Source: Candidatus Uzinura diaspidicola str. ASNER
GTDB taxonomy: Bacteria > Bacteroidota > Bacteroidia > Flavobacteriales > Blattabacteriaceae
Reading direction: 5' to 3'
Length of the DNA: 32,000 nt
Assembly (NCBI GenBank): GCA_000331975.1
Contig: CP003263.1
Location: 1 to 32,000, forward strand
A program made the translations under genes and the position numbers. Below, piece by piece: positions 28,737 to 32,000 of the stretch (position 1 is its first letter; the number at the start of each line of letters is the position of its first letter). The notes under the pieces were generated by a model. The model was not told where the DNA came from. It saw only the letters and a list, made by a program, of their open reading frames with translations, and searched no databases.

Positions 28737-30074
28737 ATGAAATTATGGGAAAAAAATTTTAATATAAGTAAAGAAATAGAGTTATTTACAATAGGAAACG
28801 ATCGTGATATTGACATTAAATTGGCTCCTTTTGATGTAATAGGTACATTAGGGCATATTCGCATGCTTGAATCTATTGGATTGCTTTCTAAAGAAGAACT
28901 TATAGTTCTTTCTACAGCTCTTAGGAAAATTTTTCTTTCAATAACGAATGGAAATTTTAAAATTGAAAATACAGTAGAAGATATTCATTCTCAAGTTGAA
29001 ATCATATTGATTAGTTTTTTAGGAAACGTTGGGATGAAAATCCATTCAGGTCGTTCTCGTAATGATCAAGTATTATTGGATTTAAGGCTATTTATTAGAG
29101 AAGAAATACAGAAAATTGTAAACTATGTAAAACCTCTTTTTGATATTATGATTCATCTTAGCGAATATTATAAAGAAGTCCTTCTTCCAGGATATTCCCA
29201 CTACCAAATAGCCATGCCTTCTTCTTTTGGCCTTTGGTTCTCTTCTTATGCTGAAAGTCTATCTGATGATTTACTTCTTTTAGAGGCATCGTATAGAGTT
29301 GTTAATAAGAATCCTTTAGGGTCTGCAGCAGGATATGGTTCTTCTTTTCCTTTAAATCGTATAATGACAACTGAGTTGCTGGGATTTGAAGATATGAATA
29401 TCAATGTGATATATGCTCAAATGGGGAGAGGTAAAATAGAAAGGGTTGTAGCAAATGCCTTGTCTAATATAGGATCTACCTTAAGTAGATTTTCTCAGGA
29501 TGTTTGTCTTTATATGGGATATAATTTTTTATTTTTATATTTTCCTGATCATCTTACTACTGGATCATCTATCATGCCTCATAAAAAAAATCCTGATGTC
29601 TTTGAGTTGATAAGAGGACGTTGTAACCATATAAAAGCATTTACTAATGAGATTTATTTAATTACTACCAATTTATCTTCTGGATATCATCGTGATTTAC
29701 AGATAATAAAAGAAAGTTTTTTGCCTATATTTGAGGTACTTAAAAATTGTCTCTTTATTGCAAGATATATGTTAGAGCATATACTAATAAATGAAAATAG
29801 TATGGAGGATCAGCGATACAGTTATGTTTTTAGTGTTGACCTAGTTAATAAGTATGTCCAAGAAGGCCTATCATTTAGAGAGGCGTATAAAAAAGTAGGT
29901 CTTTCTATTCAAGAAGGACAGTTTCAATATATTAAAGTAATAAGACATATTTTAGAAGGGAGCATTGGAAATCTATGTAACGATAGTATTCAAAATAATA
30001 TGCAAAAGGTTTTAACTGCTTTAAATTTCTCTAAATCTAATGAATCCATAGATAAACTCCTGAAGAGGCTATAG
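28737..30074 (+). CDS. argH: Argininosuccinate lyase
   Basis: 445 aa. The N-terminus is MKLWEKNF... Fumarate-lyase family motifs are present: HSGRSRNDQV and the signature GSSIMPHKKNPD. Confidence 0.92.
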   Translation: MKLWEKNFNISKEIELFTIGNDRDIDIKLAPFDVIGTLGHIRMLESIGLLSKEELIVLSTALRKIFLSITNGNFKIENTVEDIHSQVEIILISFLGNVGMKIHSGRSRNDQVLLDLRLFIREEIQKIVNYVKPLFDIMIHLSEYYKEVLLPGYSHYQIAMPSSFGLWFSSYAESLSDDLLLLEASYRVVNKNPLGSAAGYGSSFPLNRIMTTELLGFEDMNINVIYAQMGRGKIERVVANALSNIGSTLSRFSQDVCLYMGYNFLFLYFPDHLTTGSSIMPHKKNPDVFELIRGRCNHIKAFTNEIYLITTNLSSGYHRDLQIIKESFLPIFEVLKNCLFIARYMLEHILINENSMEDQRYSYVFSVDLVNKYVQEGLSFREAYKKVGLSIQEGQFQYIKVIRHILEGSIGNLCNDSIQNNMQKVLTALNFSKSNESIDKLLKRL

Positions 30075-30136
30075 ATTATACGTGTAGTCTATGTACAAAA
30101 TTAAATCATGAAGAAAGTAGAAATAGTGTCTTCGGG

Positions 30137-31375
30137 ATGAGATATGAGCAAAATCTTCAATGGTTATTTGATAAATTACCCATTTACAATAAGATCATAA
30201 AAAGATCATCTAAATCTAGATTAGATAAAATAATTAAATTTTGTGAGGCTTTAAAAAGTCCGGAAATTACTTTTACCAGTATACATTTAACTGGAACAAA
30301 TGGTAAGGGATCGACTGGCCATTTGATTGCTTCCATTTTACAAGAAGCTGGTTATCGTACTGGCATATTTTCTTCTCCTCATCTTGTAGATTTTAGAGAA
30401 CGCATAAAATGTAACGGAAATCTGATTTCTAAAGAGTTTATTACTACGTTTGTAGAAAGTCATCGTAGAATGATAGAGCATTATTCACTTTCTTTTTTTG
30501 AAATAATTACAATTATGTCTTTTAGTTTTTTTTATGATAAATTAGTAGATATTGCTATAGTAGAGACTGGCTTAGGAGGTCGTTTAGATTCTACTAATAT
30601 TATTTTCCCCATACTTTCTATTATTACTAATGTAAACTTTGATCATATAGATATACTTGGTAAGACTCTTAGGAAGATATCTATAGAAAAGGCTGGAATT
30701 ATAAAAAATAGAATTCCAGTAATCATAGGAAGTTTTTCCTATGAAACCATATCAATTTTTAAGAAAGTATCTAAAGAGAAATGTTCCTCCATTTATTTTA
30801 TTCCTTATTTTTTTAATAAACTTCTATATGAAAGTCCTTTAAAAGCTGATTACCAGCGTTATAATCAACAAATTGTTCTTCAAACTATAAAATTTTTACG
30901 AACAAAATTATGGAAGATATCATCAAAAAATTTACTGGATGGCTTTAAGAATATTATTTTCAATACAGGATTTAAAGGACGCTGGGAAATATTAAGTAGA
31001 AACCCTCTCATTATTTGTGATACAGCCCATAACGAAGATGGTATTAGTCTAATAGTTGAACAACTATCTAAAGAACCAGCAAACTCTTTACGTTTAGTAT
31101 TGGGGTTCGTAAAAGGAAAAGATATTACAAAAATGTTGTCATATTTTCCCCAATATGCAATATACTATTTCTGTCAGCCTCATTTAGAAAAGGCTCTTTC
31201 AATTGAAACACTTAAGGAAATTACCAAAAATTTATTTACAAAATCTTCTTATTTTAGAAGTTTAACTAATGCATTCTCTCAAGCAAAACAGGATGCTGAT
31301 ATAAAAGATGTAACATTCGTTGGAGGAAGTACTTTTGTAGTTTCTGAAATTCTTGTTGATGGGCGATTAGTTTAG
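30137..31375 (+). CDS. folC: Folylpolyglutamate synthase / dihydrofolate synthase
   Basis: 412 aa. Mur-ligase-type P-loop HLTGTNGKGST, then ..ETGLGGRLDSTN, NVNFDHIDILG and ICDTAHN. The stop TAG at 31373-31375 lies inside tRNA-Val. Confidence 0.88.
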   Translation: MRYEQNLQWLFDKLPIYNKIIKRSSKSRLDKIIKFCEALKSPEITFTSIHLTGTNGKGSTGHLIASILQEAGYRTGIFSSPHLVDFRERIKCNGNLISKEFITTFVESHRRMIEHYSLSFFEIITIMSFSFFYDKLVDIAIVETGLGGRLDSTNIIFPILSIITNVNFDHIDILGKTLRKISIEKAGIIKNRIPVIIGSFSYETISIFKKVSKEKCSSIYFIPYFFNKLLYESPLKADYQRYNQQIVLQTIKFLRTKLWKISSKNLLDGFKNIIFNTGFKGRWEILSRNPLIICDTAHNEDGISLIVEQLSKEPANSLRLVLGFVKGKDITKMLSYFPQYAIYYFCQPHLEKALSIETLKEITKNLFTKSSYFRSLTNAFSQAKQDADIKDVTFVGGSTFVVSEILVDGRLV

Positions 31376-31435
31376 TTGGTTTAGAACATCTGCTTTACAC
31401 GCAGAAGGTCACTGGTTCGAGCCCGGTATCGCCCA
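31361..31435 (+). tRNA. tRNA-Val (anticodon UAC)
   Basis: Perfect acceptor GGGCGAT/ATCGCCC, D arm GTTT-AGTTGGTTTA-GAAC, anticodon arm TCTGC-TTTACAC-GCAGA, T arm ACTGG-TTCGAGC-CCGGT, discriminator A. The first 15 nt overlap the folC 3' end. Confidence 0.88.
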
Positions 31436-31502
31436 CTTTTATAAGCTGGTGAAAGTATAAAACGTTCCTTCTTCTTCACTTTAAAAGTAATTTAAGTTAC
31501 GC

Positions 31503-32000
31503 ATGCAGAAAATAATACAAAACTTTCATAAACCAGTTTTCCTAAGAGAAGTGGTCGAGGGTATAGTTACTACATCTCGACAAGATGTATATGTAGACGT
31601 TACATATGGAGGGGGAGGTCATAGTGCTGGATTACTAAAAAAGCTTGCCCCTGAAGCTACTCTTTTAGCTTTTGACTTAGATCAGTCATCTATTGCAAAC
31701 AACCCATTACAAGATAACCGTCTTAAAATATTCAATAGAAATTTTAGATATATAGAAAATATTCTCAGAATACAGGGAATTTTTAAGATTTCAGGAATCA
31801 TTGCTGATTTAGGCGTTTCTTCTCATCAACTTGATACTCCTGATAGAGGGTTTTCCATTCGTTATAATCAACCCTTAGATATGCGAATGGATAAACGTGT
31901 TAAAAAATATGCTAAGGCTATAATAAATTCTTATTCACAAGAATCTCTTGCAAAAATTTTTTTTTATTATGGAGAATTAAGAAATTCTAGAAAATTAGCG
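31503..32000 (+). CDS. rsmH: 16S rRNA (cytosine1402-N4)-methyltransferase RsmH/MraW, 5' partial (runs off the window)
   Basis: My own translation from ATG 31503: MQKIIQNFHKPVFLREVVEGI..VYVDVTYGGGGHSAGLL..LLAFDLDQSSI..IIADLGVSSHQLDTPDRGFSIRYNQPLDMRMD... This is the RsmH motif series (HxPVLL, DxTxGGGGHS, DLGVSSxQLD, RGFS, PLDMRM). It stays open to position 32000. It is absent from the ORF track because it has no stop. Confidence 0.9.
   Translation, partial: MQKIIQNFHKPVFLREVVEGIVTTSRQDVYVDVTYGGGGHSAGLLKKLAPEATLLAFDLDQSSIANNPLQDNRLKIFNRNFRYIENILRIQGIFKISGIIADLGVSSHQLDTPDRGFSIRYNQPLDMRMDKRVKKYAKAIINSYSQESLAKIFFYYGELRNSRKLA

Overview
This window is strongly AT-rich and well over 90% coding or RNA. 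It reads as core chromosome of a genome-reduced Bacteroidetes (Flavobacteriales-type) obligate insect endosymbiont, Blattabacterium/Sulcia/Uzinura-like. I cannot discriminate between these without a database search. Gene content left to right: nusA-infB (+). Then a 9.4-kb minus-strand block, listed in transcription order: rho, trpE, trpG, trpD, trpC, trpF fused in frame to trpB, trpA, pheA, and a DAHP synthase/chorismate mutase fusion. Then prfA (+), followed by the conserved array tRNA-Thr/Tyr/Gly/Thr-tuf-tRNA-Trp-secE-nusG-rplK-rplA-rplJ-rplL-rpoB-rpoC (+). Then truA, aroE and rpsU (-), and finally ferredoxin, argH, folC, tRNA-Val and the 5' part of rsmH (+). The standard genetic code is in use: TGA closes infB, rpoB and truA. 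I found no mobile elements, CRISPR, defence or toxin-antitoxin genes, secretion systems or orphan-gene islands. I do not see a novel multi-gene system here; every long ORF is a recognisable housekeeping or amino-acid-provisioning gene. The unusual signals are small-scale. (1) trpF and trpB are joined in frame across an A9 homopolymer, and a 1-nt change would restore an ATGA-coupled pair of genes. (2) A 13-bp tandem repeat (about 5 copies) reiterates the 3' acceptor end of tRNA-Gly. (3) The PheA regulatory (ACT) region has degenerate ligand motifs, while TrpE keeps its LLES feedback motif. (4) folC terminates 15 nt inside tRNA-Val. (5) The ribosomal-protein/rpoBC cluster is so compact that no room remains for the classical leader and attenuator elements. 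(6) Rho, IF-2 and NusA have lost terminal domains. (7) There are many in-frame poly(A) tracts of 9-10 nt. Several ORF-track starts are TTG-extended; I moved those to the homology-supported ATG.
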